Assembly (NCBI GenBank): GCA_001600695.1
Contig: BCKQ01000019.1
Location: forward strand, 110,209 to 174,208
Direction: 5' to 3'
Source of the DNA: Ascoidea asiatica JCM 7603
Taxonomy: Eukaryota > Fungi > Ascomycota
DNA: 64,000 nucleotides
Shown: in pieces, positions 36,923 through 48,520 of the stretch
Layout of the letters: every line of letters starts with the position of its first letter
How positions within the stretch are numbered: position 1 is the first letter of the stretch
The notes under the pieces: generated by a model
Databases searched by the model: none
What the model saw: the letters and a program-made list of their open reading frames with translations, nothing else
What the model was told of the DNA's origin: nothing
Position numbers and translations under genes: made by a program

Positions 36923-38524
36923 TTAAATGAATGAAATTATTGAAGTTAAGAAAAAAAGAGATAATTGAATTTTATAATTTGAAAATTTTAAAATTTCAGA
37001 ACCATTTGAAATATCTTTAATACCTCCATTTGATTTTTTCGATTTATCATCTAACATATTTTCTGTTTTTTTTAAAGTACCTTTAACATCATGATAATCA
37101 TAATTTATAATTTCATTTTTTAAACCTGAAGTACAATCAATTTTACCACCTCTAATAATTGAAGTATTATCTTCCATTCCAATCCATTTATTACAATCAA
37201 ATAAATCTGATGAACTTTTAATAATTGCAGATCCTCTAACTAATTTTAATTTATTTAAACTTGTTTCTTTAAAATTTCCAATAAATTCAATTGCTCCACC
37301 AATTGTAATTAATTTTGGTAAAAAATTAATTTTTGAAATTCCAGTATTATTTAAAATCATTAATCCACCATTAATTTCAGTTATTGAAGGTAATTCAATA
37401 TCTTTTAAATTAAAATTTTCAATAATACTTAATGTACCACCAATTGTTTTTAATTTTGGAATTTTTAATGATGAAAAATTATTTTCAATAAATCCTGCAG
37501 ATGAATTAACATATTCAATATTTGACATATTTATTGCCATTGTATCTCTAATAGTAATATTATTTGCCCAATTTAATTGTGATAAATTAACTATAACATT
37601 TTTTGCATTAGCTTGAATCATTAATTCTTCATTAATTTCATTAACATTTGTTGAAATTGATTCTAAAAATCTATTATTATTAATATTTAAAATATTTAAT
37701 TTTTTAACATCATCTTTTAAATTAAATCCAACTAATGAAGTATCTGAAATTATAATATTATTAATTTTATCAATACCAGAATCAAAAGAAATTGTGGATA
37801 AAATTGGTAAAATTTTCCAATTAATTGTATCAACATTTTTTAAATATGGAAATGAAATTGATGTTAAAGATGTTAATTCTTTTAAATATAAATTATTACC
37901 AATTTTATTTAAATGTGGAGCAATAATTCTAACTAAATTACTAACATTTTTTATAATTAAATCACCAGAAATTGATTGTAAAGTACCTAAATCAATTATT
38001 GGATCTTGAAATTCATTAATTATTAAAGAACCTTGAATTTTTGTACATTTATCAATAATTGAATTTAAATCACCTTGATGTTTAATTGAATAATCTTTTC
38101 TTGTACAAATTTCATTAATTGCTTCTTTTTCAAAACCATTTGGTACATCTTTTATATTGGTATTTGTATTAGAATTTGAATTTGAATTTGAATTTGAATT
38201 ATTTTTATTATTAAGTTGTTTATTAATATCTTTATCATCTTCATCAGTTGCATAAGTATATTCAGTTGAATATTTTGGATCATTATAAATGATTTGTTCA
38301 TTATTATTAATTTGATTTAATCTTTGATGAAAATTATTTGAATCATTATCATTATTATTATTATTGATATTAATATCTGAATTTGAATTAAGATTTGAAT
38401 TAAGATTTGAATTAATATTTGAATTAATATTTTGATTTACATTATAATCAGATAATTTTAAAGAATGATTTAAATTAATTAAATAAGTTAATACAAAAAG
38501 TAATTTTACTTTTGATAAAATCAT
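36923..38524 (-). CDS. Ecm33/Pst1/Sps2 family cell/spore-wall glycoprotein (receptor L-domain repeats), Sps2/Sps22-like
   Basis: Signal peptide; L-domain repeats (LTSLTSISFPYL, LKTIGGTLSI, LITIGGAIEF); IIRGGKIDC; hydrophobic GPI-like C-terminus. Confidence 0.85.
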   Translation of the reverse strand: MILSKVKLLFVLTYLINLNHSLKLSDYNVNQNINSNINSNLNSNLNSNSDININNNNNDNDSNNFHQRLNQINNNEQIIYNDPKYSTEYTYATDEDDKDINKQLNNKNNSNSNSNSNSNTNTNIKDVPNGFEKEAINEICTRKDYSIKHQGDLNSIIDKCTKIQGSLIINEFQDPIIDLGTLQSISGDLIIKNVSNLVRIIAPHLNKIGNNLYLKELTSLTSISFPYLKNVDTINWKILPILSTISFDSGIDKINNIIISDTSLVGFNLKDDVKKLNILNINNNRFLESISTNVNEINEELMIQANAKNVIVNLSQLNWANNITIRDTMAINMSNIEYVNSSAGFIENNFSSLKIPKLKTIGGTLSIIENFNLKDIELPSITEINGGLMILNNTGISKINFLPKLITIGGAIEFIGNFKETSLNKLKLVRGSAIIKSSSDLFDCNKWIGMEDNTSIIRGGKIDCTSGLKNEIINYDYHDVKGTLKKTENMLDDKSKKSNGGIKDISNGSEILKFSNYKIQLSLFFLTSIISFI

Positions 38525-40064
38525 TTTAAAAAAAAAAGAATTTAGAATTTAGAATTTAGAATTTAGAATTTAAAATTTTAATTGAAATTGAATAGAATAA
38601 GAATAAGAATTGATAAAATTTATAAAATTTTATTTGATTCTAATGAAATTCTTATAAAAATTTCATAAAATTTAATAAATTATTATAAAATTATAATAAA
38701 ATTATTATAAAATTATAATAAAATTATAATAAAAGTATTATAAAATTATGATAAAATTAAAAGGAATTGAAACTGACTTAATAAGGAATAAAATATCAAT
38801 TTTATTATCAAAAACACATCTTTTTTTTCAATTTCCTGATAGTTGTTACACAAAACTACTCAGCATTCATAAATTCAATATATGGACATTTTCAAGAGGA
38901 ATAAAAATTGTAATGAAATTACACAATGGAAATCATAATCCAGTTGAAATAACTTGGAATAACTTGAAATAACCTGGAATAAACTGACGATTGAGGATTC
39001 AAAAGCAGCAAAAGCAGCGAGAGCAACGAAAGCAGCAAAAGCAAAAACATCAGAAGAAATTCCTAGAAGCCATGAAGAAAAAAAGCTGTTTGATCATTTT
39101 TGTGAATGAAGATTTGAAGAAATTGAGACTTCAATAAAAGGTTTTGTGTTTTATTCAGAAGCAGAAGAAGCAAAAACAGCAGAAATAAAAACAAAACAAA
39201 ACAAAACATTAAAAATCTAAAAAAGGAAATAAAAATTGGAAATGTCGAAAGTGATTGAAAAATAATAATCATGTGATTTTATGGTCGGAACTGAAAAAAG
39301 ACCCGTAAATCTGGTCTCTTTAAAAAAAAAAAAAAAAAAAAAAAAGACCCACAATTCTGGCGTTGGTTTCAAAACTTAAAAAATATATAAAATATTGTAA
39401 AATTATAGAATAAATGAAATAAATGAAGAATGGAGAAATAATCTATATTTATATTTGTATTTTATTTATATTTGTAATCTGATATGGTGAATATATTTCA
39501 ATTTAAGGGAATAAAGATTTCTTAAAGGGTTGATATAGATAATGGCATGTTGAGTGAAGGTCATAACTCAAGTTAATGAATAGTGATATATAATAAATGA
39601 TATAAATGATATAACAAATGATAAAAAAGATAATTGATAAATGAAAATAGTATATAAAAACAATCAATAAGTGTGATAAAAAAGTAAATAATTTGGAATA
39701 ACTAACCACCCAGATAATCAATACCCAAATACTAAACAAAAACTAAACAAAAAGTAAACAAACATAGAAAAAATACTAAGATTATATTCGTAATTCACTA
39801 GTTAAAATAATTTTTTGAAACAAAAACTAGAGAAATAAAACCAAACCGAGATAGAATAGAAACAACATTAAACCAAAAAATAAAGAATAAAGAATAAAAA
39901 GATAAAGATTAAAAAAAGAGTAGATAATAAAATATACTACATACAAAAAACAAAATACAAAATACAACAAACTCATAATATATAATAATATATAATATCA
40001 ATAATAAAATCAAACATTAACATTATTTAATCAGATAATAAATGAATATTTTCTTTTATTATTA

Positions 40065-40211
40065 TTATTTTTTTGATCTTCTAAAGAAACTTCTTCTTTT
40101 TTTCTTTTTTAAATCTTTATTAACTGTTGGAGCTTTATAAATTGCCTGTTCAATTGGTTTTTTACCATTCATATTTATATTCATATTCATATTTTGATTA
40201 TATTCTGAAGG

Positions 40212-40249
<38 letters not shown>

Positions 40250-40778
40250 GAATTGGTTTTGCAAAAGAGTTTATACCATCTTCTTCTTCAATTGTATCAT
40301 TTGCATATGGATTTTGATAATTATTATAATTATTATTACTAGATGGATAATTATAATTTGAAGTTAATTGATAATATGATGGTCTTGGTTGCCAACCATA
40401 AATTGGAGTTTCAATTGAATCTTTTAAATATGAATCACCATAAATTGCATATTCAAAACTTCTTATAGTATCTAAAGGTCTTTCATCTCTTGATCTTGCT
40501 GGATTTGAAATATCTGGTTTAATAATTGAATTACCAAAAATATCTTTTGATAAATTACCATTTAAACTTAAATTATTTAATGACTTTTTAATTTCAAAAT
40601 CTTTTGCTTGAGATTGAGCTTGTTCAAAAGGTTGATCTTCATTAACTGCAGATAAAATTGGATCATTTAAATCATTTAAAGTTCTAATTTTTAAATGTGC
40701 TCTATCCTTTTCAGTTATTTTTCCCATATTTTTTTTCGCAGAATTATTTGAAGATGTTGATGATCTTCTGAAATGCAT
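40065..40778 (-). CDS. DUF2406 family protein (YMR295C/YGR273C-like)
   Basis: MHFR start, DPILSAVNEDQPFEQA, DIFG..I..PDISNPARSRDERPLDTIRSFEYAI. Confidence 0.88.
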
Positions 40779-41659
40779 TTTGGACTATATTTTTTATTTT
40801 TTTAATCTTTTATTGTATGTATATATATTAAAGTATATAATAATATACTTGAATATAATTGAATGAAATAGAATATAGTTGAATGAATAATATAAAATTT
40901 ATTACTATATAAAGTTAATAAGAAATAATAAGTTAAGTGAATAAATAAATTATATATTATATAAAGAATGAATTACAAAAATAAAAAATAAAAACAGGGA
41001 ATCACTAAATATATATAACAAACTAATAAATAAATAAAGTATGTGTAGTATTCAAAGTGTATAATTACTTTAAAGTATTATTAAATCAACCAATTTTTTT
41101 TCAAGGAACAAACCTGTATATTTAAGAAAATTCATATTTTTATTTTATCAATTTATTTATTATTGATAAAAGTATGGTGGAATCTTTGAACTAGATGGAT
41201 AAATTTATGATGAAATAAATCAGATACGAGTAATGGTTAAGATATTCATTTTTAAGCTGATAGAATTCTTAGACTAAAAAAACAATAATAAAGTAAAGCC
41301 AGAGAAATAGTAGTAAGTAATTAATGGAGTATATTAATTGCTGTAAAAACAGGCTTATTTCCTTGAATCTCAGTATTTCAATTGACTATTATTGATATTA
41401 TTATTGATGTTTATCATTCAAATATTTGGCCTAGCCATTTGATGAAATATTGAACAATTGTTAAATAAGATCCAAAAAATTGTGAGATAATTTACTACCA
41501 ATTTTCATAATAAGAAATTGCTTTAAGCCTCTTGTTAAGAAAATCATAAGCACTGTGTTCTGAATGTTTAGATTTCGAAAGAATTCTTAAAGTTCTCTTA
41601 AAGGTTTTTCTTAGGGAATTTTCTTAGAAGAAACTTTTTCCTAAAAATTCCTTTTAAAA

Positions 41660-42325
41660 AAGAAATTGACCAATGGAAAATTGGTTCTTGATCAAGATTC
41701 AAATTCAGGGCTCAAATTTCAGACTCCTTGGCATGGAAAAGGGAAAATTGGCGATGGAGCAGAAAAAGCACCAAAGCCAGGAACCAAAAGAAGCATCAAG
41801 AAAAACAGCACGAGAAGCACAAGAAGCAAAGACAAAGAGAAGAAGCGTCGAAGTTGCGTTTCTCGAGAAGCAGGAACAGCGCAGATTCACACCCACACAA
41901 CAAGGAAAACACAAAATTGGGAAAACGTTTACCAAGCCCATAGCCACCTTCCAGCTCCAGCCACAATAGCCTTGTCTTTAGCCACTATTGTTAAATGCAC
42001 CTCAATCTCTTAACAAACAAAAATGACACTTAGCAAACACGCCCACAGGCTTAGCAAACAGCCTCACGTGTCAATGGTGATTTGTGATTGGTTCGTTTAC
42101 AAACCGTTGGTCTTTTTTTGATTTTTATTAAAGGGAATGTGAGAGACGCAGGTATACTGCACGGGTGTGTTTACTTTCTGTACTCCGGATCGGTGGTTTG
42201 GAATCTTATTGGTTCCCTGAACTTCCCATAAAACTCTGTCACCAAACTTAAATTCTGGGCCGGTACTCTAATGAAGACCCGCAAATTTTGTTTGTAGGAC
42301 CGGTACAAACTACAATAACCGAATT
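41660..42325. promoter_or_regulatory. GC-rich promoter island upstream of the DUF2406 gene
   Basis: Elevated G+C, TCACGTG (42064-42070), two ATTGG (CCAAT) boxes, CCG/CGG triplets. Confidence 0.5.
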
Positions 42326-42461
42326 TTAATAATTTAAATATCTTTTTGTTTGTTTAAATATTCAAAAATTAATCAAAATAATTATTAATATATATATATC
42401 ATTTGTCATTATTTATTAATCAAGTAAAGCTACAATTATTATACATTAATGCTAAGATTTA

Positions 42462-44951
42462 TTAATAAACTTCATCATAATTATCTTCTAAAGATTCTCT
42501 TTCTCTATTTCGATTTTTTTGAAACATTGAAAAACTAATTTTATTTCGGATATTCCTTTTATATTTATCTTCATCTTTATCTTCACTTTCATTTTCATTT
42601 TCATTTTCATCTTCACTTTGAACATTATAACCATATTCATTCAAATTCGAAGATATTGAATTACTCGAACTTATTCCACTAATTCCACTTAAACTTATTT
42701 CACTTAAATTATTTTCAAAAGATTCAGAAAATTCATTCAAACTATTATATGAAGGATATGAATTAATTTCATTATTTAATTTATCATTTATTCTTTTATT
42801 TTTTCTTCTATTTCTTAATTCTCTACTTTTTGAATTAATTTCTTCATTTTCATCATCATTATCATCATCATCATCTTCTTCTTCATTTAAATAACTACTG
42901 TTATTATTATTATTATTATTATTATTATGTGAAACATATTTTTTTTCATAAATTGAATTAAAATCTGGATATAATTTTGGTCCAAATTTATTAATTGATT
43001 CTGTAATTTCAATTGATAAATTTTTTCTTTTTAATTTTAATTCTTTAATTGAAATTGGATTTATAATTTTAAAATATAATGGTAAAATACTTTTAATTAA
43101 ATCCATACCTTGTTCACCAAATATCAATGCATCATATGTTATAATCATTGAAAATAAATAACAAATTAAAAAAACAAAATTAATTAAAATTATTTTAATA
43201 AATTTTCCATAATTTTTTTCAATATTATTTAAATTTTCTAAATTTAAATAATATAAATAATATGTAATTATAGATGAATAAAATATATATAATAATGGAG
43301 CAAATAACATTGCAACTAAAATTTTCCAAGTTGCAACAACATCTCTTGCTTTAATTTTAACTGTTGAATTTTCTAAAGCTTCTTTTTTTTTAATTTGAGA
43401 AATTTTTTTACTTGCAATAAAAACTGGTGAAAATAAAATTGTACCAGGTAATGATAAAATAATGATAAAGAAAATTTTAATTAATTTAATTAAAATTATT
43501 GAAAAATTTTTAAATTTATTCAATTCAAAATCATTATATTCATTAAATTCATCATTATCATCAATAAGATAAGAGTCTTTTAAATTTAATAATTTTAAAT
43601 CATTATTATAACTTAAGATTTTTTCTCTTAAAATTTTTATTTCATTTTCATTTTTAAAATGTTCATAACCTGAATTTAATCTTCTATTTAATTCAACAGT
43701 TAAAGAAATTGGTAAATTTTTTGAATTTAAATTTTTTGTATGAGAATAAAGTCTTCTTGAAGTTTGAATAATTGTTAAAGTTTCATAATCTGGAGTATTT
43801 AAAGTAACTAAATTTAAACCATTTGAGATTAAATTTAATAAATTTTGAATAGATTCTCTTTTAGTTTTTGGATTATTATATAAATCAATTAAATTTTGAG
43901 AAATTTCAATTGGAGTACCAAATTCTACAACTGCTCTTGATCTAAATTTATCTGGATTAAAATAATTTAAACCAACAGGTATAATTTTTATATTTAATTT
44001 TTTAAGATTATTATTATTTTTAAATTCTAATTGAGATTTTGATAAAGAATTTAAAGTCATTATTGCCACACCAGCTTTTAAAGGTAATAATTCAGTTCTA
44101 TCATGAGAACCACCTTCTGGAAAAATACCAATATTATAATTTTTTTTTAAATGTTGATAAACTTTATCATAAACTAAATTTTGATTAATTTTAGAAGCAA
44201 TTTTAAAATTAGTACCATATTTTAATAAAAATTTAATTTTTTTAATTTTTTTAATATTTTTTAAATTTAAATTAAATGGTTTTTTAATTAATAATTGATT
44301 ATTATTTAAAATTTTTAAAATTTGTACATTACCTAAAGAATCAGGTAAACCAATTAAACCATTTTCTTTACATTCTTTTAAGAAAAAAGTATTAATACCA
44401 GTTATTAAATTTGGATTATTTTTAATATCAATAATTTTTATTTTACCACCAAATTTTGAAAATTTTAAATTATCTTGTGGTCTAATAACACCAATTGGTA
44501 AAAAAGATTTTGCAATTGTACCAATAATTTTATCATTAAGAGATTTTTGAGCAACTAAGAAACTAATTCTTAAATTAAAATTTTTTTTAATTTCATTCAT
44601 TAAAATTAAACCATCAGCAAATTGATTTGCATGAGGAGCAGCAACAAAAATATATGAAGTTAATATTGAATTTTTATTTTTTTTTAATGAAATTTTTTTA
44701 TCATTTTTTAAAATTGGTTTAATTTTATAAGCATTTCTTGATCTAATTTCTCTGAAGAAACAATTTAAAATTATTGAAAAAATCCAAATTATTAAATCAT
44801 AAATAAATTTTTGAATAAAATTTGGTCCATTATATTCATGATTATTTATTATTTTTTCATTTTCTTTTGCATTTTCATTTTCATTTTGAGTTTCAACTTC
44901 AATATCTTTTGACTTTTCTTTATCAGTTTCTTTTAAGTTTTCTTCAACCAT
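42462..44951 (-). CDS. SCT1: Glycerol-3-phosphate/DHAP acyltransferase (Sct1/Gpt2 family)
   Basis: PHANQFAD, IFPEGGSHDR, LKAGVAIM, IIPVGLNYF, RSRAVVEFG; the SCT1 versus GPT2 assignment is less certain than the family. Confidence 0.82.
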   Translation of the reverse strand: MVEENLKETDKEKSKDIEVETQNENENAKENEKIINNHEYNGPNFIQKFIYDLIIWIFSIILNCFFREIRSRNAYKIKPILKNDKKISLKKNKNSILTSYIFVAAPHANQFADGLILMNEIKKNFNLRISFLVAQKSLNDKIIGTIAKSFLPIGVIRPQDNLKFSKFGGKIKIIDIKNNPNLITGINTFFLKECKENGLIGLPDSLGNVQILKILNNNQLLIKKPFNLNLKNIKKIKKIKFLLKYGTNFKIASKINQNLVYDKVYQHLKKNYNIGIFPEGGSHDRTELLPLKAGVAIMTLNSLSKSQLEFKNNNNLKKLNIKIIPVGLNYFNPDKFRSRAVVEFGTPIEISQNLIDLYNNPKTKRESIQNLLNLISNGLNLVTLNTPDYETLTIIQTSRRLYSHTKNLNSKNLPISLTVELNRRLNSGYEHFKNENEIKILREKILSYNNDLKLLNLKDSYLIDDNDEFNEYNDFELNKFKNFSIILIKLIKIFFIIILSLPGTILFSPVFIASKKISQIKKKEALENSTVKIKARDVVATWKILVAMLFAPLLYIFYSSIITYYLYYLNLENLNNIEKNYGKFIKIILINFVFLICYLFSMIITYDALIFGEQGMDLIKSILPLYFKIINPISIKELKLKRKNLSIEITESINKFGPKLYPDFNSIYEKKYVSHNNNNNNNNNSSYLNEEEDDDDDNDDENEEINSKSRELRNRRKNKRINDKLNNEINSYPSYNSLNEFSESFENNLSEISLSGISGISSSNSISSNLNEYGYNVQSEDENENENESEDKDEDKYKRNIRNKISFSMFQKNRNRERESLEDNYDEVY

Positions 44952-45576
44952 CTTTGAAATAGAATAGAATAGAATTGAATTGATTTGAATTGAATTGAAT
45001 AGAAATTGAAATTAAAATGTATTTATTATTTGGAATCGAGTTGAAATAGAATGGAATCTAGATTGGAATATAATAGAATTGAGTTGATTTGGATACAATT
45101 GAGCCAAAAGAAGATGAAAACTCTTAAGGGAATAAGCACATTCGTAATGTCTTTATACTATTTCTACAGTTTCTTTATATTTGCATTTGAATATTTGCAT
45201 TTGTATAAATAAATATTTATATTTATTTATATTTATTTGTATTTGAATTTAGTTCTATTTATTTCTGTATTCTTTGTTGGGTTCTCAAAACAAAGTTAAA
45301 AAAATTCAGTGGTGGAAACGCCGGAAATGAGTCGGATCTCGTCGGATAAGACAAATACACAGCCCGGGAAGAAAAGTGGCCGGAGTTCCGAGAGTTTTCC
45401 GAAAGTGGAAGTGCACAGCCTTATTTAAGGCTGGTTACATTTTGTGGCGAGAGTCTCCATAAAAATGGTGTTAAAAGGATCACCTGACTTTTTTTTTTGG
45501 AAGCCATGTTTGTGGGACTTCTGTCTTTTTCTTCTTTTTCTTCTTCTTTAATCAATGAATAAGAAAAAAGAGAATG

Positions 45577-45680
45577 AAAGAAGAAGCAAAAGAAGAAGCA
45601 AAAGAAGAAGCAAAAGAAGAAGCAAAAGAAGAAGCAAAAGAAGAAGCAAAAGAAGAAGCAAAAGAAGAAGCAAAAGAAGA
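45577..45680 (+). repeat. 12-bp tandem repeat (AAAGAAGAAGCA) x ~8
   Basis: Perfect repeated unit visible in the sequence. Confidence 0.9.
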
Positions 45681-45922
45681 GAGAGACCTGGAGTAAAGAG
45701 TGAATAGAGAACTGATAACAGAGGATATAAAAGAAATTGCATTTGGATTTGACACTGGAATATAAGAAAAAAGGGAGTAAGAAATGAGAGAAGGAAATCA
45801 TAATAAGGAATCATAAAGAAGGAAATAAAAAGAGTAACTAACAAAATAATAAGTAATAAGTAATAAGTAATGAGTAATGAGTAATGAGTAATGAGTAATG
45901 AATAGAATTGAGAATAATGTAA

Positions 45923-46675
45923 TTAGACTTTACTTTTCTTACAACTTTCTAAAATCAAATAACCATTTTGATCAAATTTTGCATTTTTAAATCTCCAATC
46001 TTTAATACCATTTTCAAATAATTGATCAATTTCTGGTCCTGTTTTACCATTAATTTCAGGTAATAAAATTAAACAAATTAAGAAAATTATCTCTGAATAA
46101 TTTCTATTACTACCCATAATTACAATTGATCCTAATCATTGTCCAGATGCAATTGATAAATTAACTCCAATTGCTCTCATACCTCTTAATTTTGGTGTTA
46201 CAATTTCAGAAAGATATGGTGGAATAATTGAAACTAAAATTTTAACATTTGGTGATTACATTACCATAATTGTTGCTGGTATTGAAATTAAACATGAAAT
46301 AATAATAATAATGTAAATTTTCTACTAAATTTATCTCCTGCCCAACCTGCAAAAAATTCTTCAATAACTTGTGCTCCCATTGAACCTCCATTCCAAACAC
46401 TTTGATAAACTGCTTTTATAACCCAACATTGAGAAATTTCATCTCAATATTTATAGTTTTTTTAAAATTCTTCAACTCCTAATAATAAAATAAAAATAAT
46501 TGAATCAATACCAATACCAATTGCAGCTAAAAAAATAATTAATAATCTTGGAATTGCAAATCTTGATTCTTTAAATTGTTCTTTAACTGATTTTTTTAAA
46601 ATTTTATTATCAAAACTTTTATCATTATCATTATTATTAAAAATTTTATTATCCTTTGAAGTTTTTTCTTAACAT
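45923..46675 (-). pseudogene. Decayed MFS sugar porter (maltose/alpha-glucoside permease-like)
   Basis: Reconstructed reading: ...LAAIGIGIDSII...WVIKAVYQSVWNGGSMGAQVIEEFFAGWAGDKFSRKFT.../PYLSEIVTPKLRG.../LLPEINGKTGPEIDQLFENGIKDWRF. In-frame stops at 46464, 46446, 46258 and 46138, frameshifts, and most of the C-terminal half deleted. Confidence 0.85.
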
Positions 46676-47251
46676 ATTTATAATATTTTGAATCTAAAGT
46701 TATTAAATAATATAATTTAATAAACATCAGTTTATGATTAGAATTGATTTTGAATGAAGTTAGTTAAGTAATTTGAGAATAATGATTTTCTTCTGATTGT
46801 AATTCCAATGATATTTATACTTGAACATAAAGAGAAAGAAATAGAGAATTAAAAACAATTTAAAAATCAAGAAAACATAGATATTCATCATTTTTCTTAT
46901 CATTGTTAAATATGTTTACTAATTCTGTTTATATTTATGGTCTTTTTTATATTCAAAATGGAAAAAAAATAAAGTATTTTAAACAACAGTAAAGTAAATA
47001 AATAATATTGATTAATTAATTAAATAATTCAATCGAAAGAAACAAGACTTCAAACTAAAGAAAGAGAATGAAAGTAATAAATAATGTAGGACTAAAGATT
47101 ACAAAGATATAATGAAAAAAACGAAGAAGAGTTAAAATAATAAGTTTAGTTACATTAAATTAGTTTATGATTGTATTGGTTATATGAAAAGATAAATTGT
47201 AAGAAAATGAGAATGAAAATGAGAATGAAAATGAGAATGAATGAGAATAAA

Positions 47252-48177
47252 TTAACATGAAGTATCACCAACATAACGACCAATAGTTTTACCTTGATCC
47301 ATTTCTTCATAAACTTTAGTTAATTGAGATAAACTAATGATTTGAATTGGAGATTGAATTAAACCTCTTGTATAAAATTCAACAGCTTCTCTATATTCTT
47401 CTCTATTACCAACATAAGAACCAATATAATATTAACTTGTTTCATAACATGTTTAAATACATCAGAAGAACAAATAGCATGAGCAGGTAAACCAACTAAA
47501 ACTACAGTTCCACATTGTCTAACATATTTAATTGATTCTGAAATTGCAGATTGAGAAACAGAAACATTTACAACACCATGTGGACCACCATTTGATAATT
47601 TTTGAATTTTTTTCAGTAATATTTTTAATTTTTAAAAAATCTATAAATTCTTCACAACCTAATTTTTTACAAAGTTTTTTTTTTTTTTCACCACCATCAA
47701 TACCAATAACTTTTAAACCCATAGCTATAGCATATTGTATAGCTAAAGTACCTAAACCACCACCACCACCAGAAATACAAATCCATTGACCAGTTTTTAA
47801 ATTTGCAGATTTTACACCTTTATAAGCAGTAACACCAGCACATAAAATTGGAGCAACTTCAGCTAAATTTGTACCTTTTGGAATTTTACAAGCTTGAATT
47901 GAATCTGCAGTTGCATATTGTTGAAAATTACCATCATGAGTATAACCAGAACAATCAAAAATTAAACAATTTTGTTCATTACTTAATTCACAAAATTCAC
48001 AAGATAAACAAGTACCATTAAACCATTTAATACCAGCATAATCACCAATTTTAAAATTTCATTTGATTTTAGTTCTGGAATTGAAATTTCACCATATTTT
48101 AATTCACCATTAATTTCATTAAATGTTATACCTTTTTGAGTTTTAGGTATAATAAAAGTTTCATTATATTCACTCAT
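47252..48177 (-). pseudogene. Zinc-dependent alcohol dehydrogenase (ADH1/2/3-like) pseudogene
   Basis: IPKTQKG...NEIL|[20 protein letters not shown]...[12 protein letters not shown]...SGGGGGLG...[12 protein letters not shown]...GSYVGNR...GRYVGDTSC*. Internal out-of-frame deletion near 48050, +1 in the A7 run near 47610, 2-nt insertion near 47426. Confidence 0.92.
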
Positions 48178-48489
48178 TTTTTTTTTTTATATTTTTTTTA
48201 TATTATCATTATTATAAATTAATTTACTTAGATTATTCAATTATATTATTCTTTAAAGAAATTAATAAATAATAAGCTATTTCCGATAGAATAAATTTTT
48301 TTAAAAATATAAAAATATAAAAATGCATAAAAATTATTGAAATAATTGATATAAATTATTGTTTATGGGGGATAAATTTATTCTCTTATAAAGCCTAAAA
48401 AAAGTGGAAAGGAAATATTAAAATATGAAATATGAAATATTAGATACTAAATACTAAATACTAAATACTAAATACTAAATACTAAATAC

Positions 48490-48520
<31 letters not shown>

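Noticed and set aside
39150-39277. CDEI-like ATCACATG followed by an AT-rich stretch (possible point centromere); also the other RTCACGTG sites
   Set aside because: No CDEIII TTCCGAA at the required distance; the motifs lie in ordinary promoters
45555-45710. Short ORFs through the 12-bp repeat ((EEAK)n at 45574-45696, or protamine-like (RRSK)n)
   Set aside because: No synonymous variation between units and no unique coding sequence; most likely a non-coding minisatellite
45923-48177. Stop-codon reassignment (TGA=Trp), readthrough or RNA editing rescuing the permease and ADH
   Set aside because: TGA terminates intact genes here (SYG1, SPO1, SMD1), and both loci have large deletions of essential segments that recoding cannot restore
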